Notes: generated from the letters alone by a model not told the origin. A stretch of DNA of 64,000 bases from Actinomycetota bacterium (GCA_005798555.1 SYJA01000003.1:2626-66625), one strand, 5' to 3'; positions 19,709 through 29,750 are shown, counted from the first letter of the stretch. Program-made: numbers and translations.

Positions 19709-20850
19709 GACAGCACCTCTTGCTCGTGGATTGTCACAGCATCCCATGTGACATCATCGGTGGTTCCGGGCCCTTGTGCTACATACGCAGGTAGGCGGAG
19801 CGTAAAACTCGAACCAACCCCAACTTCAGACCATACCGTGCATTCACCACCGTGGTTTTGGCATACATGTTTGACGATTGCGAGCCCAAGGCCCGTGCCA
19901 CCGGTTAGTCGCGATCTCGCTGGATCAACTCGATAGAAACGCTCAAACACTCGATCGAGTTCATGTGACGGAATACCGATCCCTTGATCCTTGACGATAA
20001 TCTCGACCAAGCCAGCGTTGATCTTCGTGTCAACCGCGACCCTTGTCGATGCGGGTGAATACGCGATCGCATTCGCGAGTAAATTACGCACAGCGGTCTG
20101 AATTTGACTCAGGTCGCCATAGACGGCGCCGCCACTGTCAACAGATTCGATGAACTCAATATCGCTGCTCATCGCTATGGTTCGAACTTCATCGACCGCG
20201 CGATTTACCAACTCATCCACGCTGATCACCTGTGCATGCGTGAGGGGGTCATCACCTTGCAATCTCGACAGGTCAATTACATCTTGGATCAAATTGCCTA
20301 AGCGGCCGGCTTCAATCTGCATACGTTCCGCGAAGTGACGCACCTGCACCGCGTCATCACTTGCGGAAAGTACGGCTTCAGCGAGCAATGCGAGGGCACC
20401 AACCGGTGTCTTGAGCTCGTGGCTAACATTCGCGACGAAGTCACGGCGCACCGCGTCGACCTTGCGCTCTTCGGCTAGGTCATCAATAAGAGCCAGGAGG
20501 GCGCCAGTACCCAGAGCCGCAACTCGGACCCGCAACTCCAGCAGCTCGCGCCCAAGCGGGGGCCGACGTACTCGCATCTCCTGCTCTCGGGCCGCGCCGT
20601 CCCCAGCTACGCGTTCAATGAGGTGAGCAATGTCAGGGATGGTCACCATATTCCGACTCACCAGCCCAAGGGCCATGCTTCGGGCGCTCGCCCGCAATAC
20701 CGTGCCATCCGCGGCAACCACAAGCGAGGCCGACGGCAACACATTGAGAACCCGGATGATTTCCTCGGGCACACCCGCATTTGAATCCCGATGCGAGACC
20801 GCAGCAAGGCGCGGGGGGCCCGCCGTCGAAGTCACCCGTTGTCTTGCCAC
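19705..20850 (-). CDS. senX3: sensor histidine kinase SenX3/PhoR
   Basis: RRDFVANVSHELKTPVGA, NLLANAIAYS, DQGIGI, FERFYRVDPARSR.TGGTGLGLAI. Confidence 0.9.
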   Translation of the reverse strand: MARQRVTSTAGPPRLAAVSHRDSNAGVPEEIIRVLNVLPSASLVVAADGTVLRASARSMALGLVSRNMVTIPDIAHLIERVAGDGAAREQEMRVRRPPLGRELLELRVRVAALGTGALLALIDDLAEERKVDAVRRDFVANVSHELKTPVGALALLAEAVLSASDDAVQVRHFAERMQIEAGRLGNLIQDVIDLSRLQGDDPLTHAQVISVDELVNRAVDEVRTIAMSSDIEFIESVDSGGAVYGDLSQIQTAVRNLLANAIAYSPASTRVAVDTKINAGLVEIIVKDQGIGIPSHELDRVFERFYRVDPARSRLTGGTGLGLAIVKHVCQNHGGECTVWSEVGVGSSFTLRLPAYVAQGPGTTDDVTWDAVTIHEQEVLS

Positions 20851-20931
20851 CCGATAAGGATAGGCGGCAAGTGCCTAGGAAACGAATACGGCAGCGGTAG
20901 GTCTCCGGGGGGTTCCCGCAGGATTCACTTT

Positions 20932-20975
20932 TAGCACTAATTGTTAACCTTTTGACCACCTGCTGTACATCGACA
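20932..20975 (+). promoter_or_regulatory. putative PHO box (11-nt direct-repeat units) between senX3 and phoU
   Basis: TAGCAC(20932), GTTAAC(20943), GACCAC(20954), GTACAT(20965) at exact 11-nt phase; resembles the Streptomyces GTTCAC unit. Confidence 0.5.
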
Positions 20976-21050
20976 CTGCGATGAAATGGGGTACCGCGTA
21001 CGCTTTGCTTCCGACGGCGCGGGCCCTTCCGCGGGTGAGGTGAGGTCAAG

Positions 21051-21710
21051 GTGCCTGATTCCTATCAAGACAAGCTTGATGAGGTCAACGCAGACCTCGT
21101 CGCAATTACTCGCTTCGTTGGCTCAGCCATGAATCAGGCAACTCAGTCACTGCTCGATGCGGATCTTTCCATCGCCGAGAAGGTGATCGAGTCGGACGCT
21201 CGCATCGATACCCTGTGTAGTTCGGTTGAGGAGCGCTGCTTCGATATTATCGCGTTGGGGCATCCAACCGAAGCAGATCTGCGCTTGATAATTGGCGCCC
21301 TGCGTATTGCAACTTCACTTGAACGCATGGGCGACCTTGCGGAGCACATCGCCAAGCAGGCTCGGATGCGCTACCCGAAGCCTTCGGTACCACAGGAGCT
21401 TCGTGCCACCTTCGCAATCATGGGAGGTGTCGCCGAAGCCATAGTCTCTAAAACCGGTTCAGTGATCGCGAATAAAAATGTCTCGCTCGCCACCGATATC
21501 GCACATCATGACGCTGAAATGGATAATCTGCACCGCGAACTTTTCACCATCGTGCTTTCACCTACGTGGAAACATGGGGTTGAAGCAGCGATTGACGTGA
21601 CCTTATTGTCGAGGTATTACGAGCGCTACGCCGATCATGCTGTTTCGGTAACTCGGCGGGTGATAAATGTGGTTACGGGCGAACCATACGTAGCAGTCGA
21701 AATCACCTAG
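21051..21710 (+). CDS. phoU: phosphate signalling protein PhoU
   Basis: DLR.I...LERMGDLAEHIAK, LLSRYYERYADHAVSV. Confidence 0.95.
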   Translation: MPDSYQDKLDEVNADLVAITRFVGSAMNQATQSLLDADLSIAEKVIESDARIDTLCSSVEERCFDIIALGHPTEADLRLIIGALRIATSLERMGDLAEHIAKQARMRYPKPSVPQELRATFAIMGGVAEAIVSKTGSVIANKNVSLATDIAHHDAEMDNLHRELFTIVLSPTWKHGVEAAIDVTLLSRYYERYADHAVSVTRRVINVVTGEPYVAVEIT

Positions 21711-21750
21711 CAACTGAAATGTCACCCAGTTTCGGAGGGAGTTAGCACAA

Positions 21751-23037
21751 ATGCAGCGACGCAAGCCAGCACCACGTCGCATCGCGGTGCTCTCCATTCA
21801 CACCTCACCACTTGATCAGCCCGGCACCGGTGATGCGGGCGGAATGAACGTCTATGTTGTTGAGACCGCACGCAGATTGGCGGAGAGCGGGATCGAGGTG
21901 GAAATATTCACCCGAGCCACCGCGTCCAACTTGGCGCCGGTAATTGACTTCATGCCCGGAGTCAAGGTGCGTCATATCACTGCGGGACCATACGAGGGCC
22001 TGCTCAAGCAGGATCTTCCAGCCCAGTTATGCGCCGTCTCTGCCGGCGTCATGCGAGTTGAAGCAGCCCACCCGGAAGGATGGTTCGATTTAATCCACTC
22101 GCACTACTGGCTGTCGGGGCAAGTTGGTTGGTTGGCAGCTGACCGGTGGCAGGTGCCACTCGTGCATTCCATGCACACGATGGCAAAAGTTAAGAATGCG
22201 GAATTGGCTGCAGGCGATACGCCGGAGCCCGCGATGCGGGTCATCGGCGAGGAGCAGGTGATTGCGGCAGCAGATCGCTTGGTGGCCAATACCAGCGATG
22301 AGGCCGATCAGCTGATTAACCTGTACGACGCGGATCCGCAGCGAATTGATGTCGTCCACCCCGGCGTCGATCTAAATGTCTTCGCCCCCGGTGACAAATC
22401 GAAAGCGCGAGCTCGATTCGGGCTGCGGCCAGAGCAAGTAGTGCTCCTGTTCGTCGGGCGTATCCAACCGCTCAAGGCTCCCGACGTCCTCATCAAAGCC
22501 GCTGCCCACCTCGTGCAGTCGGACCCGACCCTTCGCGATCGCCTGGTGCTCACCATTTGCGGTGGTCCATCGGGCAGTGGCTTGGATCAGCCGACCGCCC
22601 TCACCGACCTTGTTGCGCAACTAGGACTTACCAACTTGGTTCGCTTCGAGCCGCCCGGTGACCGGCAGACCCTCGCCGACTGGTACCGGGCTGCCGACCT
22701 AGCCGTCGTTCCTTCGTACTCCGAATCATTCGGCTTGGTTGCTGTCGAAGCCCAGGCGTGCGCCACGCCTGTCGTAGCATCAAGTGTCGGCGGACTTCGC
22801 ACCGCCGTTGCCGACGGCGTCAGCGGGGTACTGATCGGCAGCCATGATTCACTTGACTACTCACATGCCATTGGCGCACTAATCAATAACCCCGATCGCT
22901 TGCACGAGCTTTCAGCAGGTGCTCGAATGCACGCCGCAACCTTCGGCTGGAGCGCAACCACCGCTGGTCTGATGGCGTCCTATCGCGCAGCAATGGCAAA
23001 CCGAACCTCAACCACCAAACTCGTTGCTACGCCTTGA
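21751..23037 (+). CDS. mshA: D-inositol-3-phosphate glycosyltransferase
   Basis: [49 protein letters not shown]. Confidence 0.96.
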   Translation: MQRRKPAPRRIAVLSIHTSPLDQPGTGDAGGMNVYVVETARRLAESGIEVEIFTRATASNLAPVIDFMPGVKVRHITAGPYEGLLKQDLPAQLCAVSAGVMRVEAAHPEGWFDLIHSHYWLSGQVGWLAADRWQVPLVHSMHTMAKVKNAELAAGDTPEPAMRVIGEEQVIAAADRLVANTSDEADQLINLYDADPQRIDVVHPGVDLNVFAPGDKSKARARFGLRPEQVVLLFVGRIQPLKAPDVLIKAAAHLVQSDPTLRDRLVLTICGGPSGSGLDQPTALTDLVAQLGLTNLVRFEPPGDRQTLADWYRAADLAVVPSYSESFGLVAVEAQACATPVVASSVGGLRTAVADGVSGVLIGSHDSLDYSHAIGALINNPDRLHELSAGARMHAATFGWSATTAGLMASYRAAMANRTSTTKLVATP

Positions 23038-23065
23038 GGGCCCCGAAGTTGACGAGGCGCCGATC

Positions 23066-23575
23066 ATGACCCAGCAAAGCGCTGCTGCAGTGCTCGTAGA
23101 ATACTTGTCCGCGTCTGACTTGCCTTATGAACAGGCTAGTGACGTAACTTTCGTGGTCACGTTGCCTGGTGAGCACAAGCTTCAGACCAATATGTCCATC
23201 ACGCTCGGCACGCACGCGCTCACTATAAATGCATTTGTTTCGCGCAACCCTGATGAGAACCATGAGGCCGTCTATCGTTGGTTACTCGAGCGCAATAGAC
23301 GGATGTATGCGGTCGCATTCGCCATTGACCACCTAGGTGACATCTACCTAACCGGCCGACTCCGACTCGACTCGATCACGCCCGATGAACTCGACCGGGT
23401 TTTTGGATCCGTCTTGGAGTACTCAGACGGGGCCTTCAACACGATTCTCGAGCTCGGTTTCGCCTCGGCAATTAAGCGGGAGTGGGCCTGGCGCACCTCC
23501 CGTGGCGAGTCAACGGCCAATTTAGCCGCGTTCGCCCACTTGGCCGAAGTCGAACAGGCGAGCGACCCCAACTAG
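23066..23575 (+). CDS. YbjN-domain protein (conserved mshA neighbour)
   Basis: [37 protein letters not shown]. Confidence 0.85.
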   Translation: MTQQSAAAVLVEYLSASDLPYEQASDVTFVVTLPGEHKLQTNMSITLGTHALTINAFVSRNPDENHEAVYRWLLERNRRMYAVAFAIDHLGDIYLTGRLRLDSITPDELDRVFGSVLEYSDGAFNTILELGFASAIKREWAWRTSRGESTANLAAFAHLAEVEQASDPN

Positions 23576-23595
23576 GCATCGGGCAGGATGTACCT

Positions 23596-24387
23596 ATGAG
23601 CACTTCACCTGCGACCACTGCAAGTGCGACCAATGCGCCGTACACCTTGATCTTGCTTCGCCACGGCGAAAGCGTCTGGAATGCGCAGGACCTTTTCACC
23701 GGTTGGGTTGATGTCGATCTAACCGATAAAGGTCGGGCCGAGGCAACACGCGGTGGCGAGCTATTAGCGGCGGCCGGGATCCTCCCTGACGTCGTTCACA
23801 CCTCGGTCCTACAGCGAGCAATTAAGACTTCGCAACTGGCCCTGGCCGCCTGCGACCGACTTTGGATTCCGGTCGTTCGAAATTGGCGCTTGAACGAACG
23901 TCACTACGGTGCGCTGCAGGGTAAGAGTAAGAAGGAGACCCTCAAGCAGTACGGTGAAGAGCAGTTCATGCTTTGGCGCCGCTCCTATGACATCCCGCCA
24001 CCGCCAATTGATGCTGGCGACAAGTGGGCGCAGACCGGTGACGCGCGTTACGCCGCCCTACCTCCCGAAGCACTACCGGCAACCGAATGCCTGGCCGATG
24101 TGGTAGATCGATTGATGCCTTATTGGCAGGACGTCATTGTCGCTGAGCATCTGCGCGCCGGCATGACGGTGCTGGTCGCAGCGCACGGTAACTCACTGCG
24201 CGCCATGGTGAAATGCCTTGACGGGATTTCAGATCATGACATCGCGGCTCTGAATATCCCGACCGGCATCCCGCTCGTTTATCGGCTTGACGAGAACCTG
24301 AGCCCAATCGTGCCAGGTGGTGAGTACCTAGACCCCGAAGCCGCTATTGCTGCCGCTGCTGCGGTGGCGGCCCAGGGCAAGAAGTAG
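23596..24387 (+). CDS. gpmA: 2,3-BPG-dependent phosphoglycerate mutase
   Basis: [43 protein letters not shown]. Confidence 0.96.
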   Translation: MSTSPATTASATNAPYTLILLRHGESVWNAQDLFTGWVDVDLTDKGRAEATRGGELLAAAGILPDVVHTSVLQRAIKTSQLALAACDRLWIPVVRNWRLNERHYGALQGKSKKETLKQYGEEQFMLWRRSYDIPPPPIDAGDKWAQTGDARYAALPPEALPATECLADVVDRLMPYWQDVIVAEHLRAGMTVLVAAHGNSLRAMVKCLDGISDHDIAALNIPTGIPLVYRLDENLSPIVPGGEYLDPEAAIAAAAAVAAQGKK

Positions 24388-24765
24388 AGCCGCCTCGAAG
24401 GCTTCGAGTGCTTCATCATTGAAGAGAACGAACTGCACCTTGCTGATCTGGGATTGCGGGTGGGCGTCAAAGTACTCGCGGACCGCAGTTAGGGCAATCG
24501 GTGCTGCGTCGGTTGCCGACCAGCCATATACCCCGCAGGAGATGGCCGGAAAAGCGATCGATGTCGCACCAAGTTGATCAGCGATCGCTAGCGCATTTCG
24601 GTGGCAATCCGCTAACAGGTCGGCGCCGCCGCCGACATGCTCCCAGTGCATCGGGCCTGCCCCATCAACGCCACCACCACCTAGTAGCCCAGAGTTCGCC
24701 GCGTTAACCAATACATCGCAGCTGGTCTTCGTGAGGTCGCCTCGTGATACCCCAATAGCGGTCAT
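24328..24765 (-). pseudogene. macro-domain (YmdB-like O-acetyl-ADP-ribose deacetylase) with internal deletion and read-through C-terminus
   Basis: GDLT, VNAAN.GLLGGGGVDGA and SIAFPAISCGVYG present, but the IHRAAG...VIH segment is missing; ORF runs 60 nt into the gpmA 3' end. Confidence 0.7.
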
Positions 24766-24771
24766 CGCAAA

Positions 24772-25053
24772 CTAGCGACGGGTGATGTCGATGATGCGCG
24801 GGCGAATGTCGAAAAGATAAATCAAGGCGATGACGATTCCCGCGATGCCAAAGATCGATAGTGTCAATTGTGGCAATACGCCGGTAAGTGCGGCCAGACC
24901 GGTGAGGATCAGCCACAGCACTTTGGTCTGGCGGCCGACCGCGGGGAAGGCGTCAGGGCGACGCCGCACGCAGTCGATAAAGGCAAATGCCTTGACCCCA
25001 AGGGTCACCACCCATAGCGCCAGCATTACGAGGTCTTGCACGGCCCCAAACAT
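24772..25053 (-). CDS. DUF2516-family small membrane protein
   Basis: AFIDC.RRRPDAF.A.GRQTK..W, IYLFDIRPRI. Confidence 0.85.
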   Translation of the reverse strand: MFGAVQDLVMLALWVVTLGVKAFAFIDCVRRRPDAFPAVGRQTKVLWLILTGLAALTGVLPQLTLSIFGIAGIVIALIYLFDIRPRIIDITRR

Positions 25054-25167
25054 GGGCTGAACGCTATAGCGGTTCGGTTGGATAGCAAATTCGCCTGGGC
25101 GAACCGAGGCAGTTGGTACATTTTTGAGCCAACCAACCCTGCCCGAGACTAACCACAAACCCGCTGC

Positions 25168-25204
25168 TTGCATCTTGATGCTATCAAGTGATGCTAAGAT
25201 GCAA
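25168..25204. promoter_or_regulatory. operator inverted repeat upstream of vapB
   Basis: ttgcatctt...aagatgcaa enclosing two tgatgcta repeats. Confidence 0.65.
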
Positions 25205-25206
25205 AT

Positions 25207-25455
25207 GTGCGAACAACCTTGACCCTGCGCGATGACATCTACCGCGAGATTCGGCAGGTTGCTGCTGATCAGGGCTGCTCGGTTGGCTCGGTGATCGAGG
25301 ATGCGATCGGCCTGCTGCTCGCGCGGCGAAGGCAAGCCCATGATGGTGCTGACCGCGAACTGCCACCGTTGCCGCTCTTCAGCGGCGGGGGCCTGCAGCC
25401 CGGGATTGACCTCGACAGTAACGCCGCACTCAGCGAGCTTCTCGATGAGCACTGA
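25207..25455 (+). CDS. vapB: ribbon-helix-helix antitoxin (VapB)
   Basis: MRTTLTL.DD..REI...A...G.SV..VIEDAI; LPPLP..GG..PGIDLDSN C-terminus. Confidence 0.85.
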   Translation: MRTTLTLRDDIYREIRQVAADQGCSVGSVIEDAIGLLLARRRQAHDGADRELPPLPLFSGGGLQPGIDLDSNAALSELLDEH

Positions 25456-25482
25456 CGAGCACTGACATGAGCGGGCCCTTCC

Positions 25483-25911
25483 ATGCATTGCGTTGATGTG
25501 AACGTACTCCTTGATTCAGTTATTTCGACCTCGCCAAACCACGCTACGGCCAGGGACGCACTTGAAGTTCTGCGCAGAGCGCCAGAGGGACTTGGTCTCT
25601 TCTCTACCGTGATCTCCGGGTTCATCCGGGTGGTAACCAGCCGCCAGGTACTCAAGGAGCCACTTGATCTCACCTCAGCGCTCGGTGTGGTCGACGCACT
25701 CACCCGGTCACCGTTCGTGCAGATCATCAACCCGGGGCCGGGGCACTGGCCTATTTTCCGTGATCTGCTCGACCGCAATCGACCGCGTGCCCATGACGTC
25801 ACCGACGTCTGGCTCGCTGCGGCAGCAATGGAAATCAACGCGACGTGGGTCTCATTTGATCGGGGCTTCGTCAGGTTTAAAGAACTGCGCTGGGTTGACC
25901 CGGCCGCGTAA
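25483..25911 (+). CDS. vapC: PIN-domain ribonuclease toxin (VapC)
   Basis: VDVNVLL, FIRVVT, DVWLAA.A.E, SFDRGF.RF..LRW.DP. Confidence 0.88.
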   Translation: MHCVDVNVLLDSVISTSPNHATARDALEVLRRAPEGLGLFSTVISGFIRVVTSRQVLKEPLDLTSALGVVDALTRSPFVQIINPGPGHWPIFRDLLDRNRPRAHDVTDVWLAAAAMEINATWVSFDRGFVRFKELRWVDPAA

Positions 25912-26038
25912 TTCTCGTCCCGATGCCACTCGGCCCCACTCGATCTGTTCCTGCGTGACCCTTTCGCGCGGTTCATCGGCTACTCTCTAAAGCGAATTCC
26001 GGTCAGCCAAATGGCTTCTCGACGAGGGTGAGGCACAG

Positions 26039-27178
26039 ACGCTGCCGACGAAGGCACTCATCAACGGCTCATGGGTCGTAGGATCCAGCGGCACCTTGGC
26101 GGTGCACTCCCCGCAGTCCGGTGCGCTCATCGCCGACGTGGCACGCTGTGAGGCCGCCGACGTTGACCGAGCAGTCAAGGCCGCCCGGGCAGCGCAGCCC
26201 GGTTGGACCGCCACCCCGCTGATCGAGCGGGTGCAGATCATGTGCCGAATCCACGGTCTTTTCGCAACCCGCGCCGAGGAGGTGCTGCGGCACCGCGGAC
26301 TGTCTTTCCCATCCACTCAGGAGCAGACGAACAACAAGCGGCTCGTACTGACGCATCGCCCGCTAGGCGTCGTTGGCGTCATCACCCCCTACAACTTCCC
26401 CACCGACATCGCGTCAATTGCCCTCGCCCACATCATCGCGTCCGGAAATACTGCCGTCTGGAAGCCGTCCGAGTTCTCCCCCATCTGTTGCAACATAATC
26501 GCCGAGATCTGCTCCGAGGCCGGGCTACCCCCGGGTGTTCTCAATGTCGTGCATGGCATGGGTGATATCGGCGCTGCGATCGTGGAGCATGGCGACGTTG
26601 ACGGGATCTTCTTAACCGGCTCCACCGCCGCCGGTCTGCGCATCGCGGAGAAGGCCGCGCTTCGCCCACGCCTGCTGGAACTCGGCGGTGATGGCCCGGC
26701 CACTGTCCTTGCCGATGCCGATATCGATGCGGCCGTAGCGGGCGCGATAAACGCCCGCTTCTACTACGCCGGGCAGGTTTGCACCTCGGGTGAGCGGCTC
26801 CTGGTGCACGCCGATATCCACGCTGAGTTCGTTTCGAAGCTAAAGGCGCGGGTCGCGCAACTACGCATCGGCGACCCCGGCCTAGATGACACCGACATGG
26901 GGCCGCTGCGAGGCTCCGCCACGCTCGCTTGCGTGGTCAATCACGTCGAGGGCGCACGTGCCCTGGGCGCAGAGGTTACCCAGTACGGCACCGTGAACAT
27001 TAACGAGACAAGCAACTACTGGGACCAGCTCGCACCATTTGGTGGCACCGGTAACAGTGGCTTGGGCCGCAAACTCTCGCAATGGTTCCTCGAGCGCTTC
27101 ACCGAGCAAAAGCTGCTCGTATTTGACCTAGGCGATACCGAGGTGCGCTACAACCGGCGCGCCGAGGGCGGTTGGTAA
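26039..27178 (+). pseudogene. aldehyde dehydrogenase with two internal in-frame deletions
   Basis: LPTKALINGSW upstream without ATG; TPYNFP, LELGGDG, AGQVCTS retained; the E.GK...A..E helix and the whole PT...EEIFGP...AN region are absent. Confidence 0.75.
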
Positions 27179-27184
27179 CACGCG

Positions 27185-27220
27185 AACGGGCCCGCACCTA
27201 TTGGCACGGGCCCGCCGTTA
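27185..27220. terminator. GC-rich hairpin between convergent genes
   Basis: aacgggcccg ... cgggcccgccgtt. Confidence 0.5.
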
Positions 27221-27258
27221 ACGAAATCGAATCGCCTTAGACGCGTAAACGAACTGCG

Positions 27259-27579
27259 TTAGAGACCAACTACCTCACGAAGCAAAGTCACGCCGTGATT
27301 TACCGAGTTGCGCACATCCGTGGCTCTGGTTTCCACCCGCGTGCGTGCGCCGGTGACCATGTCACCGACATTGAGATTCAACAGATCCACTTTGGGTAGC
27401 TGAACTTTAGGTAGGTCGATCTTTGGCAGCTCGAACTTAGGCAGCTCAAATGGCAAACTCGCCTTAGCGGTGCTCGCCGCCTTCGCCGTGGTGGCCTTGG
27501 CGCTGCCGGCTGCTTTGGTAGTGGTGGCCTTCGCCGCCGCGGCGGCCTTCTTGGTTGATGTGGTTACCTTGCTTGTCAT
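27259..27579 (-). CDS. small Lys/Ala-rich repeat protein at the hbhA syntenic position
   Basis: ATGA overlap with XRE gene; KKAAAAAKATTTKAA..., four x-[EDQ]-L-P-K repeats, C-terminal amphipathic helix. Confidence 0.75.
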   Translation of the reverse strand: MTSKVTTSTKKAAAAAKATTTKAAGSAKATTAKAASTAKASLPFELPKFELPKIDLPKVQLPKVDLLNLNVGDMVTGARTRVETRATDVRNSVNHGVTLLREVVGL

Positions 27580-27950
27580 GATTTCTCATCCTCTCTTGGT
27601 GTTGCCTGCGCCTGGTTCTCAGACTGAAATGCGGCGTAAATTTGCAGCAGTGTCGCTCGTTGCCGTTCGGTGAGCGTGGCGTCCGAGGCGATGGCCGTGG
27701 TGACCACCTCATCCCCCTCCCGCTCCGCCAGAATGCCCGCCCGTACGTACAAGGTTTCCGCGGAAATCCGCAGACCCTGAGCGATCCGGCCGAGGATCTC
27801 GGCACTGGGTTTACGAAGGCCGCGTTCGACTTGACTCAGGTACGGATTGGAGACCTCCGCCGCCTTGGCCAATTGGCGCACGGACATCTGCGCCTGGTCG
27901 CGCTGCTCGCGGATGAACCCGCCGAGCCCGCTCACGTCGATTCTTGCCAT
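27576..27950 (-). CDS. XRE-family HTH regulator (Rv0474-like)
   Basis: LGGFIREQR..AQMSVRQLA..A.VSNPYLSQVERGLRKPSAEIL..IA.GLRISAETLYVRAGIL, LTERQ. Confidence 0.9.
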   Translation of the reverse strand: MARIDVSGLGGFIREQRDQAQMSVRQLAKAAEVSNPYLSQVERGLRKPSAEILGRIAQGLRISAETLYVRAGILAEREGDEVVTTAIASDATLTERQRATLLQIYAAFQSENQAQATPREDEKS

Positions 27951-27974
27951 GGGACCAGTATGCCCCGGGAGTGC

Positions 27975-27986
27975 TTGCAATTGCAA
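27975..27986. promoter_or_regulatory. perfect palindrome upstream of XRE regulator (likely autoregulatory operator)
   Basis: ttgcaattgcaa; gctagc-N4-gctagc nearby at 27995-28010. Confidence 0.5.
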
Positions 27987-28020
27987 ACGCACGTGCTAGC
28001 AGTGGCTAGCGTGACCTATG

Positions 28021-28983
28021 TCACCCGGCCAAGACGCTGGCTACCCGCCCGACCGGCACCCCGCCCCCCAGCAATGGCACGGTGGCCAGGGGCCCCAGGG
28101 GCCGGGGATCTGCACCCATGCGCGTCAGCAGGGCAGCCACCGTCACCGTGCGCCCGCGATCGGCACCGTCTTCCATCTTGACCGCAAAGGCGCGGCCATC
28201 AGGGAAAGCGCCCACATAAACACCTTCGGCGCCATCCTTCGCGACCAGGCCCGGTACCGCGCGCATGAACTCGGTGACGTCACGGCGCGAGCCACCTACC
28301 TGCTGGGGCCAAGCCCGCATCGCGTCCACCACCCGACGACCAGATGATTGCTCATCACCTTGGACCAGCCGGGAGACCGACCGAGCCAGCCCGGCTAGTG
28401 AGATTGCCAGCACCGGCGCACCACAGCCATCTACCCCGATCGCCCTGATCGGCTCGCCCGCGCACCGCTCGACCTCGCGGACGATTTCAAGTTGCAATGG
28501 GTGCGAAGGGTCACGATAGTTCTTGATCTGCCAACCATTAATTACACAAGTCGCCAACATGGATGCGTGCTTACCTGAACAGTTCATCGCAATTGGCACG
28601 GCTTCTCGGCCAGCCACGATCCAGGAATCCCGCTCTACCTCGTCGAGTGGGAAATCAGGTGGAGTCTGCAAATCCGCTTCGGTGAGCCCGGCTCCCCCCA
28701 AGATTTCGCGTACTGCGTCAAGATGAATCTGTTCACCACTGTGCGAGGCTGCGGCAAGGGCGAGCAGGTGCGGCGGTAGATCTAACCCGAGGTTGACCAG
28801 TGCCGTTGCCTGCGCCGGCTTATTCGATGAACGCGGGAAGATAACTCGATTTGGATCCCCCCAGGATTCGACGACGTCGCCGTGCGGGCTCACGATCACG
28901 GCATGGCCACTGTGCACGCCCTCGACAAACCCACTACGGGATACCTTCGCGAGTACCACTGCATCGGTCGGGTGTGAGGCCAC
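28021..28983 (-). CDS. asparaginase II (Rhizobium-type) family
   Basis: RSGFVEGVHSG, FPRSSNKP.QA, SHSGE, NCSGKH, DGCGAP, KDGAEG, K.EDG..R. Confidence 0.88.
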   Translation of the reverse strand: MASHPTDAVVLAKVSRSGFVEGVHSGHAVIVSPHGDVVESWGDPNRVIFPRSSNKPAQATALVNLGLDLPPHLLALAAASHSGEQIHLDAVREILGGAGLTEADLQTPPDFPLDEVERDSWIVAGREAVPIAMNCSGKHASMLATCVINGWQIKNYRDPSHPLQLEIVREVERCAGEPIRAIGVDGCGAPVLAISLAGLARSVSRLVQGDEQSSGRRVVDAMRAWPQQVGGSRRDVTEFMRAVPGLVAKDGAEGVYVGAFPDGRAFAVKMEDGADRGRTVTVAALLTRMGADPRPLGPLATVPLLGGGVPVGRVASVLAG

Positions 28984-29009
28984 TCGCGAATCATGGCACG
29001 CTTGGCTCC

Positions 29010-29489
29010 ATGAGGGCAGTCGTGCAACGTGCAGCAGGTGCCAAAGTCAGCGTTGATGGCGAGGTCGTGGGCCAATTCAGCGGTCCCGGGCTCGTGGTCT
29101 TCGTCGGTGTTACCCATACCGACACGGTGCTGGCGGCAGCGGCACTTGCAAACAAGGTCTACGACATGCGGCTGTTTTCGCGCGATCACGCCAAGGTGGT
29201 TGGCGTGGAAATTCCCGATGACGCCAGCCGCGAGCTCTCCGCGGCTGAACTTAGGCTCCCGGTGCTGGTCATCAGCCAATTCACTTTGTACGCGGAGACG
29301 AAAAAAGGCCGCCGGCCGACCTGGGACCAAGCTGCGCCCGGGCCGGTGGCAGAACCACTAGTTGACGCCGTCGTTCTCTCCTTGCGTGCGCGCGGGGTCG
29401 AAGTGGCAACCGGTCGATTTGGTGCCGACATGCAAGTGTCGCTGGTCAATGACGGTCCGGTGACTATCACCGTCGAAGTAGACGGCTAA
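29010..29489 (+). CDS. dtd: D-aminoacyl-tRNA deacylase
   Basis: MRAVVQR, SQFTLY, KGRRP, GRFGADMQVSLVNDGPVT. Confidence 0.93.
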   Translation: MRAVVQRAAGAKVSVDGEVVGQFSGPGLVVFVGVTHTDTVLAAAALANKVYDMRLFSRDHAKVVGVEIPDDASRELSAAELRLPVLVISQFTLYAETKKGRRPTWDQAAPGPVAEPLVDAVVLSLRARGVEVATGRFGADMQVSLVNDGPVTITVEVDG

Positions 29490-29530
29490 CCGAACCCTTG
29501 ACCAGCGACGCTGCACCAGTAGGTAAGGAC

Positions 29531-29750
29531 TTAACGCGCCGTGACTCCGGCTGGCTCGGCCGCTCCATTTAGGTTGCTGGCACTTGATGCACAGAAACCA
29601 AATGAGGTGACACTGCGTCCCGGTGCTAATTGCGCCGCCCAGGGTGCCGGGGTTACCGTCACAGCAGTTCCGGACCGCACCAAGTTGCCATCCCAAGTTG
29701 AGTCCTTCAACATCGTGACGGTGAGGAGTTGGGCAGCAGGCGGCAGTGTC
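29531..29750 (-). pseudogene. out-of-frame, internally deleted second CBM2-like domain of the cellulase
   Basis: Alternative frame reads LLTVTMLKDSTWDG-NLVRSGTAVTVTPAPWAAQLAPG..TSFGFC, paralogous to the first CBM but lacking its middle. Confidence 0.65.

Noticed and set aside
25912-26040. Possible remnant of another gene upstream of the ALDH pseudogene
   Set aside because: Only vague short peptide resemblance; cannot be supported without a search.
29170-29235. Extra residues in Dtd (SRDHAKVVGVEIPDDASR) as a novel domain
   Set aside because: Short insertion in a variable loop; catalytic motifs are intact.
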